This document shows, in pieces, positions 49,090-62,344 of a DNA stretch of 64,000 nucleotides; position 1 is the stretch's first letter, and each line of letters opens with the position of its first letter. The position numbers and the translations under genes were made by a program. The stretch comes from Mustelus asterias (Eukaryota). Below the pieces are notes generated by a model, which had not been told where the DNA came from, ran no database searches, and saw nothing but the letters and a program-made list of their open reading frames with translations. The DNA lies in contig NC_135813.1 of assembly GCF_964213995.1 (NCBI RefSeq), positions 101,680,001 to 101,744,000 of the forward strand, written 5' to 3'.

Positions 49090-51110
49090 TGTTTTCAGGC
49101 GCAGGTGTCTGAAGAGAAGCACACCAACTGAGGCAGCAGATTAGAGAGAGGGTTCCCAACGTGCTGCTGGCTGGAGGCATCGGTACAGGAGGTGCAGAGG
49201 GGGAAGGAGGCAATAAGGGACCGGGAGGCCCTCAAGGCAAACCCTGAGAGGGGAATTGAAGCAGGTGACCAGGGACTTTGATTTCCAGACACCTACCCTG
49301 AGGCACAAAACACTCAATGGCCTCACACAAGTGATCAAGGTCAGTGAATGCATTTTCACAGGATACCTCCTATCCACCGCACCACCAACCTGTCACACCA
49401 CTCAATGCATCATACCTCCATCAGCACTTATCCCGAACATTCAGAGCTTCCTCCGACATGCTCCCGAAGTTTTATTTTTGGAGTGCGTGGGTGATTTGTT
49501 CAAGTGCGCCACCACTTTAATTCTTTTTGGCATGGCCGCACAGCTTGGCAGGATTTCACCTCACCCTTACACACATACCAATGTCGCCAACCTCATATTG
49601 ACAACTTGTGGCTTCCACATATCTGCAGCTATTCAGCCACCAAAGGTTTATCACTCAGACATATTGCAACATACTTGTTAATGGGTGGCATGGTGGCACA
49701 GTGGTTAGCACTGCTGCCTCACAGCACCAGGGACCTGGGTTCGATTCCTGGTTTGGGTCACTGTCTGTGTGGAGTTTGCATGTTCTCCCCGTGTCTGCGT
49801 GGGTTTCCTCTGGGTGCTCTGGTTTCCTCCCACTGTCTGAAAGACATGCTGGTTAGATGCATTGCCTTCAGTGTACCCGAACAGGTGCTGGAGTGTGGCG
49901 ACAAGGGGATTTTCACAGTAACTTCATTGCAGTGTTACTGTAAGCCTACTTGTAACTAATAAATAATAAACTTTAAACTTAATATTCTTTCCTCTCTTTT
50001 GCAGAACAAGTGGTGCATAACAGGAGGGAACACAGCAGGATGAGTGAGGGCAGGCACATCTGCTTCACCTGAGCCTGCTGAAGGAGGTGCTCAGTATCAT
50101 GGAGGCAGCCTATTGCATTCAGGGTGATAGCATGTTCCTGCTATAAAGCCCTTTCCAAATCGCACCTCACCCCTCATCCCGCTAACTGGCATAAGTGCAA
50201 GCTCCAGATGGTGTGACCTCTTGCTTTCCACCCCACACTGGCTTTTCTTGACCCAACTCCTGGTCCAGGAGCGGCTACCTGCAAACTCAGGGGAGTATGA
50301 ATGACGACGACTGCAGTTCTCTGCACGTCACTTGATCTGACACTTACAGCCACCATCTCGGATACTGGTACTATGCAAATCATAAAGGCTAATGGAGAGT
50401 GGGGATCTGCCTGTAGATTGGGTGCAACTAGGTTAGGGAGTGAAAAGGCAGTTTGTGTACCGTTCCTCTAGGGCGCGAGGTCACTGATGCAGGGAGCTCA
50501 GATGCACACTCTGATGGGCATCACACAGGAGAACGCTGATGAGACTGCCAGACAGCCTCTTGCCACTGTCAAGGAGCATGAAGGAGTTTGTTTCCAACAT
50601 GGTGCAGGGCTTTGTGCAGGCCGAACTTGGATGCTGCCTGGACAGCCAATGCTATGAGAGCCTGTGTGGAACTAGCTGGTGATTCAGCATCTAGTGATCA
50701 CTGTCTCAGCTTGTTGAGGGCAACAGCGGCCTTTATGGCTATGAAAGCACCATCCTTGTGCTGCTGTGCACCTCCAGGTCCTATCGAATGTGGTGGTACG
50801 ATTCAGTCGCCTCCTTGGTGAACTGTAGGCGTTTCACACATTACTCCTGGCTAAGGCGGAGGTAGAGGAAGTAGATCTTGATAACCCTTGGTGGGTGGGG
50901 TATTCCATTGAGAATCCTTCTCCTTCTGACTCCACATACATTCCTCCCCCTCTGCAGCCTAGCCTCAATGTCCCTATCATGTTGCAATCCCAAGAGGGAC
51001 TGCAATCATAAGCCACATAACTTAAACAGACTTTCTGTAATAGGCAGTAAACTCCACTGACTTCTCTGTCAGGATGCAACAACACTACTGATACCATTGA
51101 AAAAATTCAC
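49090..51110. mobile_element. Highly decayed autonomous-type PIF/Harbinger relic (Myb/SANT gene on +, transposase N-terminus on -)
   Basis: 49140-49345 reads like a Myb/SANT exon (RER-P...LEASVQEVQR...LNGLTQVIK|gtcagt), with a second exon-like piece at ~50003. The minus strand at 50860-51097 resembles a HARBI1-type N-terminus. Recognised by eye only. Confidence 0.45.
49684..49980 (+). mobile_element. HE1-headed SINE, alternative tail
   Basis: Full head and tail ending aataaactttaaac. Confidence 0.9.
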
Positions 51111-52194
51111 CAATGTTCCTGCAAGAACACAACACTTCCACAAACTTTGTCAGGACAAAAGTAAATCAAAAGCACCTCACCTGCCAGTTAGATGCCTGAC
51201 CTAATCTTTAAATAGTGTAATTGGGGTGGGGCAGGGAGGGGAGTGGTGGGGTGGGGAGATCCCTTATGCAACTGGGCACATGTTCATTTGTGAGTGAATA
51301 GGAGAGTGTGTTAACTGGGCCTGCACAATCCAAAATGTCAGAATGTGCACCAAATCAACTGAAGAGAGTGCCCCCTCTGCATTCTTCTGTCACACACATG
51401 ACCTGTCTGTGTTTGCACCATGTCAGTCACCCTGCGCCTTACGGACTGCCACAGAGGTTTCCGGAAGCATTCTGACCACCATGTTCAGCTTCTCTGGCTT
51501 CTGTAACACCAGCTGCAATGTTGCTAATGGAGTCAAGTTTTGTGGCTCAGATAAAGACATTCCATTGACACAGTGCCTCAAATTCACCAGAAGCATCCGT
51601 ACTAGGATACCTTCTATCCTATATACATAAAGCAATATCTCTATATATTGCTCTCTCTATATAACATAGCAATATAGAAAGAGAGAGAGAGCAATATATA
51701 GAGATTTACCAGGTTCCAATGTTACATATCCCAGAATTACCAAATATCATTGAACAGAATGATGGCCCCCAAGTGGTAGGAAGGGACGTGGGGGTGGGTG
51801 GGGGAGGCCCGTTAAATGGCAGGGAATCACTTTGGGATGCAGCCCGCTGGATCTCCGATACAGTGCCCCCACTCAGGATGTTTCCCTGTGGCTGGCTACG
51901 AGGCGGATCAGCTGCCCATTCCCGAGAAGCACAAGCCAATTTGCATAATTACAAATCCTAAGGAGGCCACTTTACTGAGCTGCCTGAATTTAGCCCATGG
52001 TGGCACCATCCCATCCCACCTTCCCCGCACCACTGCAGCCCCAACCCTAGTGTGGCTTGCCCGGAGATCGATGGGGTCTTCCCGTTTGTCCATCAATGCC
52101 CCCAATGCCTCTGAACTGCCTCAGCAGCGCAGCCTCCTCCTCACCCCCTCTTCTGGTAGCACTACCATGGTTTCAGGGCTGCTGAACAACTGAC

Positions 52195-55100
52195 TGCAGG
52201 GCTAGTCTGCAGGGAGCGGTCAGAGGGCGGAGCTGAGCATAACTGTGAGTATAAAACTAACTTTGATTGGTGGTTGCAGGTCACATTTGCATAAGTGCAG
52301 TCACTGTGACTGGAAGGTGGTTTGTGGAGGAGCTGCTGTGAAGGGACAGTTAAACCACAAACACTACTTCAGTGTTACCCTCCTTCCCTAACCAAAATAA
52401 AAGTTGGCAGGAGGACCACAAGCAAGGGAGAGGTGAGTTGCAATTTTTTTTTATCCGTATTAGGGCAATTTGGCAGCTAGGGCAGTGGCATGCTCCTCTT
52501 GTCAGATGTGGGCAATTAGGGAGCAATCTAGTCTCCCTGATAACTTTGTCTGCAGGAAGTGTGTCCAGTTGCAGCTCCTCACAGACCACATTGTTCGGTT
52601 GGAACGGCAGGTGGATGCACTGCGGAGCACACAGGAGGCAGAGAGTGTGATAGACACTGGTTACAGGGAGGTTGTCACACCACAGGTTCAGACAGGTAGA
52701 TGGGTGACTGCCAGGAGAGGCAGGCAGGTGGTGCAGGAGTCTCCTGTGCCTATTCCCCTTTCAAACAGGTATATCAATTTGGATGCTGTTGAGGGGGATA
52801 GCCTGTCAGGGGGAGATACCAGCAGCAGCCAGGCCTGAGACACCATAGCTGGTTCCGCTGTGGGACAGGGTCGGGCAAAGAGCAAGCGAGCAGTAGTAAT
52901 AGGGGACTCGCTAGTTAGAGGCACAGACAGGCGTTTCTGTGGCTGCAATCGAGACTCCAGGATGGCGTGTTGCCTCCCTGGTGTCAGGGTCAAGGATGTC
53001 TCTGAGCGATTGCAGGACATTCTTAAGGGGGAGGGTGAGGAACCAGAGGTGGTTGTACATATTGGTACCAACAACATAGGTGGGAAAAGGGATGAGGTCC
53101 TGAAATGTGAATATAGAGAGTTAGGCAGAAGGCTAAAGTGCAGGACCTCGAAGATAGTAATTTCAGGACTACTACCGGTGCCACATGATAGTGAGAGTAG
53201 GAATAGGAGGATTAGGCAGATGAATGCCTGGCTTGAGAGCTGGTGCAGGGGGCAGGGATTTAGATTTTTGGATCATTGGGATCTTTTCTGGGGAAGGGCT
53301 GACCTGTTCAAGAGGGACAGATTACATCTGAACTGGAAGGGGACTAACATCCTGGCGGGGAGATTTGCTCGAGCCACTCGGGAGGGTTTAAACTAGTTTG
53401 GCAGGGGGGTGGGATCCAAAGCAGTAGGGAGACAGAAGAGAAGTTTGAGGACAGCACGGAAGTTAAAGAGAGCACATTAATTAGTAAAGGCAGTGTCAGT
53501 AATCCTAGTACCAGACAGAAGCAAGACAGAGAGCAAGGGAAGTCCAGATTAAACTGCATTTATTTCAATGCAAGAGGTATGACGGGCAAGGCAGATGAAC
53601 TCGGGGCATGGATGGGTACGTGAGACTGGGATATTATAGAAATTACTGAAACATGGCTAAGGGAGGGACAGGACTGGCAGCTTAATGTTCCAGGGTACAG
53701 ATGCTATAGGAAAGATAGAACAGGAGGTAAGAGAGGAGGGGGAGTTGCATTTTTGATTAGGGAAAGCATCACGGCCGTACTGAGAGGGGATATATCCGAG
53801 GGTTCGGCCACTGAGTCTATATGGGTAGAACTGAGAAATAAGAAGGGGGAAATCACTTTGATAGGGTTGTACTATAGGCCTCCAAATAGCCAGCTGGAAG
53901 TTGAGAAGCAAATATGTAAGGAGATTACAGATAGTTCCAAGAAAAATAGGGTGGTAATAGTCAGAGATTTTAATTTTCCCAACATTGACTGGGACAGCCA
54001 TAGTATTAGAGGGTTGGATGGAGAGAAATTTGTTGAGTGTATTCAGGAGGAATTTCTCATTCAGTATGTGGATGGCCCGACTAGAGAGGGGGCAAAACTT
54101 GACCTCCTCTTGGGAAATAAGGAAGGGCAGGTGACAGAAGTGTTAGTGAGGGATCACTTTGGGACCAGTGACCATAATTCTATTAGTTTTAAGATAGCTA
54201 TAGAGAATGATAGGTCTGTCCCAAAAGTTAATATTCTAAATTGGGGCAAGGCCAATTTTGATGGTATCAAGCAGGAACTTTCAAAAGTTAATTGGGGGAG
54301 TCTGTGGGAAGGCAAAGGGACGTCTGGTAAGTGGCATGCTTTCAAAAGTGTGTTAACCAGGGTTCAGGGTAAACACATTCCTCTTAGAGTGAAGGGCAAG
54401 GCTGGCAGAAGTCAGGAACCCTGGATGACTCGGGATATTGAGGCCCTGGTCAAGAAGAGGAAAGAGGCACATGACGTGCATAGGCAGCTGGGATCAAGTG
54501 AATCTCTTGAACAGTATAGGGGGTGTAGGAGTAGAGTTAAGAGAGAAATCAAGAGGGCAAAAAGGGGACACGAAATTGTTTTGGCAGATAAGGCAAAGGA
54601 GAATCCAAAGAGCTTCTACAAATACATAAAGGGCAAAAGAATAACAAGGGAGAGAGTAGGGCCTTTTAAGGATCAACAAGATCATCTATGTGCGGATCCA
54701 CAAGAGATGGGTGAGATCCTAAATGAATATTTCTCATCAGTATTTACTGTTGAGAAAAGCATGGATGTTAGGGAACTTGGGGAATTAAATATTGATGTCT
54801 TGAGGAGTGTACATATTACAGAGAAGGAGGTGCAGGAAGTCTTAAAGCGCATCAAGGTAGATAAATCTCCGGGAGCTGATGAGGTATATCCCAGGACGTT
54901 GTGGGAGGCTAGGGAGGAAATTGCGGGTCCCCTAGCCGAGATATTTGAATCATCGATAGTCACAGGTGAGGTGCCTGAAAATTGGAGAGTGGCAAATGTT
55001 GTGCCTTTGTTTAAAAAGGGCTGCAGGGAAAAACCTGGGAACTACAGGCCAGTGAGCCTCACATCTGTGGTGGATAAATTGTTGGAAGGTAATTTGAGAG

Positions 55101-56180
55101 ACAGGATCTACAGGCATTTAGAGATGCATGGATTGATTAGGGACAGTCAGCATGGCTTTGTGACCAGCCTCAGGGATCAGTGCTGGGCCCACTGTTATTT
55201 GTCATTTATATTAATGATTTGGATGAGAATATAGGGGGCATGGTTAGTAAGTTTGCAGATGACACTAAGATTGGTGGCATGGTGGACAGTGAGGAAGGTT
55301 ATCTCCAATTGCAGCGGGATCTTGATTAATTGGGCCAGTGGGCTGACGAATGGCAGATGGAGTTTAATTTAGACAAATGCGAGGTAATTAATTTTGGTGG
55401 ATTGAACCAGGGCAGGACTTACTCAGTTAATGGTAGGGCGTTGGGGAGAGTTACAGAACAAAGAGATCTCGGGGTACATGTTCATAGCTCCTTGAAAGTG
55501 GAGTCACAGGTGGACAGAGTGGTGAAGAAGGCATTCGGCATGCTTAGTTTCATCGGTCAGAACATTGAATACAGGAGTTGGGACGTCTTGTTGAAGTTGT
55601 GCAAGACATTGGTAAGGCCACACTTGGAATACTGTGTGCAATTCTGGTCACCCTATTATAGAAAGGATATTATTAAACTAGAAAGAGTGCAGAAAAGATT
55701 TACTAGGGTGCTACTGGGACTTGATGGATTGAGTTATAAGGAGAGGCTGAATAGACTGGGACTTTTCTCTCTAGAGCGTAGGAGGCTGAGGGGCGACCTT
55801 ATAGAGGTCTATAAAATAATGAGGGTCATAGACAAGGTAGATAGTCAATATCTTTTCCCAAAGGTAGGGGAGTCTAAAACTAGAGGGCATAGATTTAAGG
55901 TGAGAGGGGAGAGATACAAAAGTGTCCAGAAGGGCAATTCTTTCACACAGAGGGTGGTGAGTGTTTGGAACAAGCTGCCAGAGGTAGTCGTCGAGGTGGG
56001 TAGAATTTTATCTTTTAAAAAGCATTTAGATAGTTACATGGGTACGATGGGTATAGATGGATATGGGCCAAATGCGGGCAATTGGGATTAGCTTAGGGGT
56101 TTTTTAAAAAAAGAAATAAAGGCGATATGGACAAGTTGGGCCAAAGGGCCTGTTTCCATGCTGTAAACCTCTATGACTGG
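52195..56180 (+). mobile_element. Near full-length CR1 (HER1-like) LINE, inactivated
   Basis: ORF1: Zn-finger/coiled coil (CSSCQMW...CRKC...LERQVD) and SGNH esterase (VVIGDSLVRG, VHIGTNN, DRLHLN), with a stop at 52836-52838. ORF2: APE endonuclease (CIYFNARG, ITETWL, LDLLLGN, SDHN) and RT (NYRPVSLTS, FADDTK), with a stop at ~53621 and an internal deletion at ~55162. 3' tail ctgtaaacctctatgact. Confidence 0.96.
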
Positions 56181-56304
56181 ACTGGGAGCATCAGAAGCCC
56201 TCCAACCTTCCAGGTAGGCTCGGGACTCACACTTCATCCTGATATCAGCGTCCCAAAACCCACGGTAGAATACAGACCAGCATATCCAGGCACATCCATG
56301 TAAG

Positions 56305-56745
56305 AAATAGCTAGATTGGTAGCACGCTCATCTCTTGACTTAGTAGGTTGTGGGTCAAGTCCCACTCCCGAACTTGTGCATAAGTACTAAGTATTGAGGG
56401 AGTGCTGTACTGTCAGAAGTGCCATCTTTCTGACGAGATGTTAAACCAGGGTCCCGCTTGCTCTCTCACGTTGAAGTAAAAGATCCCAGTGCACAATCTC
56501 AAAGAAGGGCAGAGGCCTAATCCCTGGTGACCTGATCAATACTTATCCCTCAACCAACATCACAAAAACAGATGATTTGGTTCTCATCACTGTGCTGTTA
56601 GTAGGAGCTTGCTGTGTGTAAATTGGCTGCCATATTTCCTACGTTGCAACAATGACTACAGTTCAGAAGTTTCTTCATTGTCTGGAAGGTGTTTTGGGAC
56701 ATCTGCTGGGCATGAAAGACATTATATAAATGCACTTTCTTTCAA
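56305..56745 (+). mobile_element. SacSINE1-like DeuSINE
   Basis: tRNA-like head, then a Deu-domain-like core gagatgttaaaccagggtccc...gtaaaagatccc...aagaagggcag...ttatccctcaacc, and tail cattatataaatgca. Confidence 0.75.
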
Positions 56746-57429
56746 AGCACGCAATACCTTAGGACATAATACAGCAGATGCCTCAAATCCACTTGATGCA
56801 TTAAAGCCTGACGATGAACCTTTCAGAATATTTTAGCACATGTTGAATTGACCACATTGATGTTGAATCTGGAAAGCTCTGTAGAAAGGAGTTCCAGGTC
56901 GGACTGAGACTTCGATTTCTGCCAAGCCTCTCCACATGATGATCATCCGGAGCCTACGTGTCTACACATGCGTAATGCTCATCAGGACCAGCTCACCATC
57001 ACACTGTGTAACACAATCGCTGAAAAGTAAGCCCTTCCCTGCTCCTTTGTCAGCTTGGTGGGAGATGAGGATATTGGATTGAAGAGTGGGTGGATTGAAC
57101 GGAAGCAGGAACGTGTGAAGACAGACAGACAGGCAGACAGGGACACCCTGAGCTATTTCCCAGCTCCAGAGTATTAATTTTCTGCTGATTTCATAGCCCG
57201 AACTTTACACTGTTTTCTGTTTAATCACTGCAATCTTTCTGTCACAATTCACACTGATGAGAATGCAGGTCAGTGATAGAATCAGGCCAAACACATTCAG
57301 AAACTTGAAGTGGGTGAGAATTTACAAATTCTGAGCTGATGCTTATTCTGTCAATTTATTCCTTTGATGTGATCAACTAAGGTGAAAGCAAATAGGAATC
57401 ACCCAAAATGGGGAGGACACAGGGGTGTG

Positions 57430-57900
57430 AGGACATACAAAATAGAAGCAGGAGTCGGCCGCTCAGCCCCTTGAATCTGCTCTGCCATTCAATAGATCAT
57501 GGCTGGTTTGCTTGTGCTTTGAAATCCACATTCTCACCTAGCCCCAATAACCTTTGATTTCCTTGCCTAACAAGAGGCTATCCATCTACGCCTTAAAAAT
57601 ATTCAGTGACCCCGCCTCCACTACCTTCTGAGGCAGACAGTTCCAAAGTCAGATAACCTCAGAAAAAAATCTCCTCATCTCTTGCCCTAAAAGGGCGAGC
57701 CCTAATTTTAAAACAATGCCCCTTTGTTGGACTCACCCACAAGAGGAAACATCCTAATGTCCACCTTGTCAACACTGTTCAGCATCTTATATACTTCACC
57801 CCTCACTCTTCTAAATGCTAAAACAAGCCCAGTCTGTCCAACCTTTCCTCATAAAACAACCCACTCATTCCAGATTTAAATCAAATAAACCTCCTCTAAT
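57430..57900 (-). mobile_element. CR1 3' end
   Basis: gacatacaaaatagaagcaggagtcggccgctcagcccc tail plus RT C-terminal remnants. Confidence 0.8.
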
Positions 57901-57909
57901 GCATTTACA

Positions 57910-58290
57910 CCATGGCCCATCCATCACGCAACCAGCATCCCATCCATTGATTCCAACTACACTTCCTGCTGACTCGGAAAAGCAGCCAGCCAAATCAAGG
58001 ATCCCACGCACCCCGGGCACACTCTCTTCCATCTTCTTCTGTCGGGAAAAATATTCAAAAGTCTGACTCAAGAACAGCTTCTTCCCTGCTGCCATCAGAC
58101 TTTTGAATGAACCTACCCTATATTAAGTTGATCTTTCTCCTGAGCTATGACTGTAACACTACATTCTGCACCTTCTCCTTTCCCTCTCCCCTATGTACCT
58201 ATGAATGGTATCCTTTGTCAGTATAGCTCGCAAGAAACAATACTTTTCACAGTATTCCAATACATGTGACAATACTAAATCAAATCAAAA
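57910..58290 (+). mobile_element. Rex1/Babar-like LINE 3' end
   Basis: IKDPTHPGHTLFHLLLSGK...KNSFFPAAIRLLN motif, then a 3' UTR ending ttttcacagtattccaatacatgtgacaatactaaatcaaatcaaa. Confidence 0.75.
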
Positions 58291-58312
58291 GGAAGCCAAA
58301 ATTGTGTGCAAT

Positions 58313-59737
58313 GGCTGGAACTTTCCAGCGGTTCACACTGACAGAATCTTCCAGTCCTGCCAATGACACACTCCCGCCACAGGTTTCACAGCAGTGAGGG
58401 GTGCGTTCAATGGGAAGCCCCATTGACAATGGTGAGGTCAGAAGGTCCTGCCACCCGTCAATGGTGGACCATCTCCATTGCAGTTGGTTGCGCGGAAAAT
58501 CCCGCTCAGTATTCGAGATGTGGTCTCTCCAATGTCCTGTCTAATTGAAGCACAACATCCTTACTTTTGAAGTTAGAAGCAAGGGGGAAATTTTCCGGTC
58601 CCACTTGCGACGATTCCAGCGGCGGGCAAAACCCAGAATTTGATGGACCATATAAAGGTCCGTTGACCTTGGGCGGGAACTTCTGGTCTCAGTCTGGGCG
58701 CAACTGGAAAATTCTCCCTGCAGGCTACGAATTTACGTTGATCGGGCAGGCACGTGGCCAACCTGGAAGCTTGTGAAATCAACCGAGAAGATGTTGAGTG
58801 TTTAGCCTGATGTCATCACACACTCGCGCGACATTTCGGTCAGCGGGCACATGAGAGTTGGATGCGTGCCCGCCAACAATCAACCAGGCAATTTAGCCAG
58901 TTAAGGGGCTAATTGAAAGCAATTACTTAATTGGCTCATCTGTTTTAATGGCCTTTACATTCTCGCTGCAACCTCGATCCAGGGCAGGATGAACGGTCAG
59001 GGCTAAAATCAAATTTTAAAAAGTGTCTGGGAACTGAAGTTGTGTTTGAATGTGTTGCCGAGACACAGTTTGCTGCATTTTTTTTTCCATCAGGATTCAT
59101 TTTGTATAGGTTTGCAGTTCCCTAAGGAGCTTTGCAGTGACTTTATTCATTCATGGGACATGGATGTCACTGGTTGGCCAGCATTTATTGCCCATCCCTA
59201 GTTGCCCTTGAAAGGTAGTTGAGAGTCAACCACATTGCTGTGGCTCTGGAGTCACATGTAGGCTAGATCAAGTAAGGAAGACAGATTTCCTTCCCAAAAA
59301 CAACATTAGTGAACTAGATGGGTTTTTCCGACTATTGACAATGGTTTCATGGTCATCAGTAGATTCTTAATTCCAGATATTTTTTATTGAATTCAAATTC
59401 CCCCATCTGCCGTGGTGGGTTCAAACCCTGGATCCCAAAATATTAGCTGAGTTTCTGGATTAACACTCTAGCGATAATACCACTCGGCCGTCACTGTGCC
59501 CCTAAGGGAGCCCATTAGTAGTGCCAGTCCACACCCTCCCTTTTTGCGGTACCCATCCTCTTCCTGCCCTCCCCGGCACCACTGAGCCTTTCCCAGTGCA
59601 TATTTCACGCTGGCTGCCAATTAGCTGGGCAGCCAGCACAAAATCACGTACCCTAGCCAATTGCGGCCAGAAACTTGTTTTGCACTTGCTTCTGGGCCTG
59701 CAGAGCGCGGATGCCTAACGGGTGAAAAATTAAGGCC
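58313..59737. mobile_element. Cluster of three Harbinger-like MITEs (58313-58506, 58583-58718, 58723-59737)
   Basis: Paired imperfect TIRs: ggctggaactttcc/ggaaaatcccgct, gggggaaattttcc/ggaaaattctccc, ggctacgaattt/aaattaaggcc. Confidence 0.55.
59143..59493 (-). mobile_element. tRNA-derived SINE, second family
   Basis: Close match to 1319-1668. Confidence 0.85.
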
Positions 59738-59799
59738 TTATAGAAACAACAGTGGGCCATTTAGCCCCTTGAACCTGTTCAGCCATTCAATTAGATCAT

Positions 59800-60362
59800 T
59801 TGTGACCTAACTCTGTAAGCTAGAGTATTGTATACAATTCTGGGAGCCAGAAATTTTAGAAAGGATGTCAAGGCCTTGCAGAGGTGACCAACTAGGATAG
59901 TACCAGAGATGAGGGGGCATCAGTTGTGTGGGCTGGAGAAATTAGGATTGTTCCCCATAGAGCCCAGAAAGTTAAAGGGAGTTTGGGAGCGGAGGTAGTT
60001 AGAATTTGATACAAGACTTAAAAGGTTTGACACTGGCACTGGCAGGAGGGTCAGAAACCTAAGGGCACAGATTTAAGATGACTGGGGGAAAAAACTCAAT
60101 GGGTGCACCAGGTGGGGTGGGGTGGATGAGAAGAACTCACTTATCTAATAGGTTCTACTGATCTGTAATGCTGTGTTTGAAAGTGTGGGGGAAGCAGATT
60201 CCTCCAAAGGAAATAGGATAAATACTTGAAAAGGAGAAATGACCAGAGCATGTGGAGAAAGAGCAGGGGAGCTGGAGTAATTGGATATCGGTTTCAAAGA
60301 GTTGACAGAGGCACATTGGGACACATGGTTGCATTCTATGTCATATGGTTCTGCGATTCTAC
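59800..60362 (+). mobile_element. Decayed CR1 3' fragment
   Basis: LEYCIQFW-P and LEKLGLF-IE remnants; tail ttctatgtcatatggttctgcgattct. Confidence 0.7.
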
Positions 60363-60627
60363 AAACACTGAACAGTGGCTCCAACATTAAGAGGAATATT
60401 GGCATCAAGCATCAGGATCAGCCCCAGCAGCTGCAGCAATGCCAATTCCAGCCAAAATTACCAAGACTACAAAAGCATTCCCACACAAACTATAAGGGCA
60501 TGACCGTCAATGGTGGCTACACCAACGTCTAGAGCAACACCACCTCCGACAGTCAAGAGACACCACCTCCTGCAGAGACACCACCTCCCACAGAGATGCC
60601 ACCTCCTACCCAAGGAACTTAATTCCA

Positions 60628-62005
60628 TATGACATAGAAGCAGAAGTAGGCCACTTAGCCCATCAAGTCTACTCTGCCATTTAAAAGTAAAATGACTGAT
60701 CTGATGTGATAATCCTCAATTTCACTTTCCTGCCTTATCACCATAATCGCTAATTCCCTTACGAATTAAAAATCTGTCGATCTCAGCCTTGAACATACTT
60801 AAAGGCCCAGCCTCCAGAGCCCTCTGCAGTAAAGATTTATTATCCTCTCTGAGGAGAAATTCCTCCTCATCTTGGTCTTAAGTGGGTGACCCCTTACCCT
60901 ATGATTACGCCCTCTGGACTCTCACACAAGAGGAAACAACCTCTCAGCATCTACCCTGTCAATCGCCCTGAGAATCCTATACGTCTCAATAAGGTCACCT
61001 CTCATTCAGCTAAAATCCAATGAGTAGAGGCCAAATATGCTCAATGGCTCCTCAGAAGAAAATCCCTTCATACCTCAGATCAACCTAGTGAAACTTCTCT
61101 GAATTGCCTCCAATGCCAGTATATCTTTAATTGGAAAAGAGATCAAAATTGTTCACAATATTCCAAGTGTAGTTTAACTATTGGCTTGTATACAAAAACA
61201 GAAAATGCTGGAAAATCTCAGCAGGTCTGACAGCATCTGTGGGGAGAGAATAGAGCCAACGTTTCGAGTCTAGATGACCCTTCATCAGAGCTGACGGCAC
61301 GGTGGCACAGTGGTTAGCACTGCAACCTCAGCACTAGGGGCCCAGGTTCGATTCCCGGCTTGGGTCACTGTCTGTATGGAGTTTGCACATTCTCCCTGTG
61401 TCTGTGTGGGTTTTCTCCGGTTGCCTCCCACAGTCCAAGGATGTGCAGGTTAGGTGAATTGGCCATGCCAAATTCTCCCTCAGTATACTCGAACAGGGTC
61501 CGGAGTGTGGCGACTAGGGGATTTTCACAGTGACTTCATTGCAGTGTTAATGTAAGACTACTTGTGACTAATAAATAAACTTTTCTTATCTTATTAGTTA
61601 ACCTTTTGTGCAGTACCTTATCGAACGTTTTTTGGAAATTCAAGTATATTACATCAACTGATTCCCTTCATCTATCCTGCTCATTCCCAACTCAAAGAAT
61701 TATAATAAATTTGTCAGGGGTGATTTCCCCTTCATGAAGTCATGCTAACTCTGATGTTATGTATTTATAAATGTTCTGCTATTACGTCCAACATTTTCCG
61801 AATGACAGATGTTAAGCTAACCGGCCTATAGTTGCCTGCTTTTGTTTCCCTCCCTCTTTGAATAAGAGTATTACATGGGAGTTTTCCAATCCTCTGGGAC
61901 TTTTCCAGAATTTAAGGATTCATGGAAGATTACTACCAGTGCATTTACTGTCTCTATAGCTACTCCTTTTAATATCCTGGGATGCAACCTATCAGGTTCA
62001 GGGGA
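60628..62005 (-). mobile_element. Decayed CR1 fragment with nested Penelope-like piece (61195-61294) and HE1 SINE (61295-61582)
   Basis: gacatagaagcagaagtaggcc tail; the reverse strand encodes GNYRPVSLTSVIRKML and VDVIYLNFQKTFDKV. Confidence 0.8.
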
Positions 62006-62007
62006 CT

Positions 62008-62337
62008 GGGCGGCATGGTGGCACAGTGGTTAGCACTGCTGCCTCACAGTGCCAGGGACCCAGGTTCGATTCCTGGCTTGGGTCATTGTCTGTGCGGAGT
62101 TTGCACGTTCTCCCTGTGTCTACGTGGGTTTCCTCTGGGTGCACCGGTTTCCTCCCACACTCCAAAAATGTGTGGGTTAGGTGGATTGGCCATGCTAAAT
62201 TGCCCCTTTGCATCAGGGGGTCTAGCTAGGGTAAATGCATGGGGTTATAGGGATAGGGCCTGAGTGGGATTGTGGTCGGTGCAGACTCAATGGGCCGAAT
62301 GGCTTCCTTCTGCACTGGAGGGATTCTGTGATTCTAT
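62008..62337 (+). mobile_element. HE1 V-SINE, CR1-type tail
   Basis: Full head, core and tail. Confidence 0.92.
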
Positions 62338-62344
62338 CAGAGAA

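Noticed and set aside
53753-55234. Host gene or active reverse transcriptase (493 aa)
   Set aside because: Part of CR1 ORF2, with an upstream stop and a deletion/frameshift in RT.
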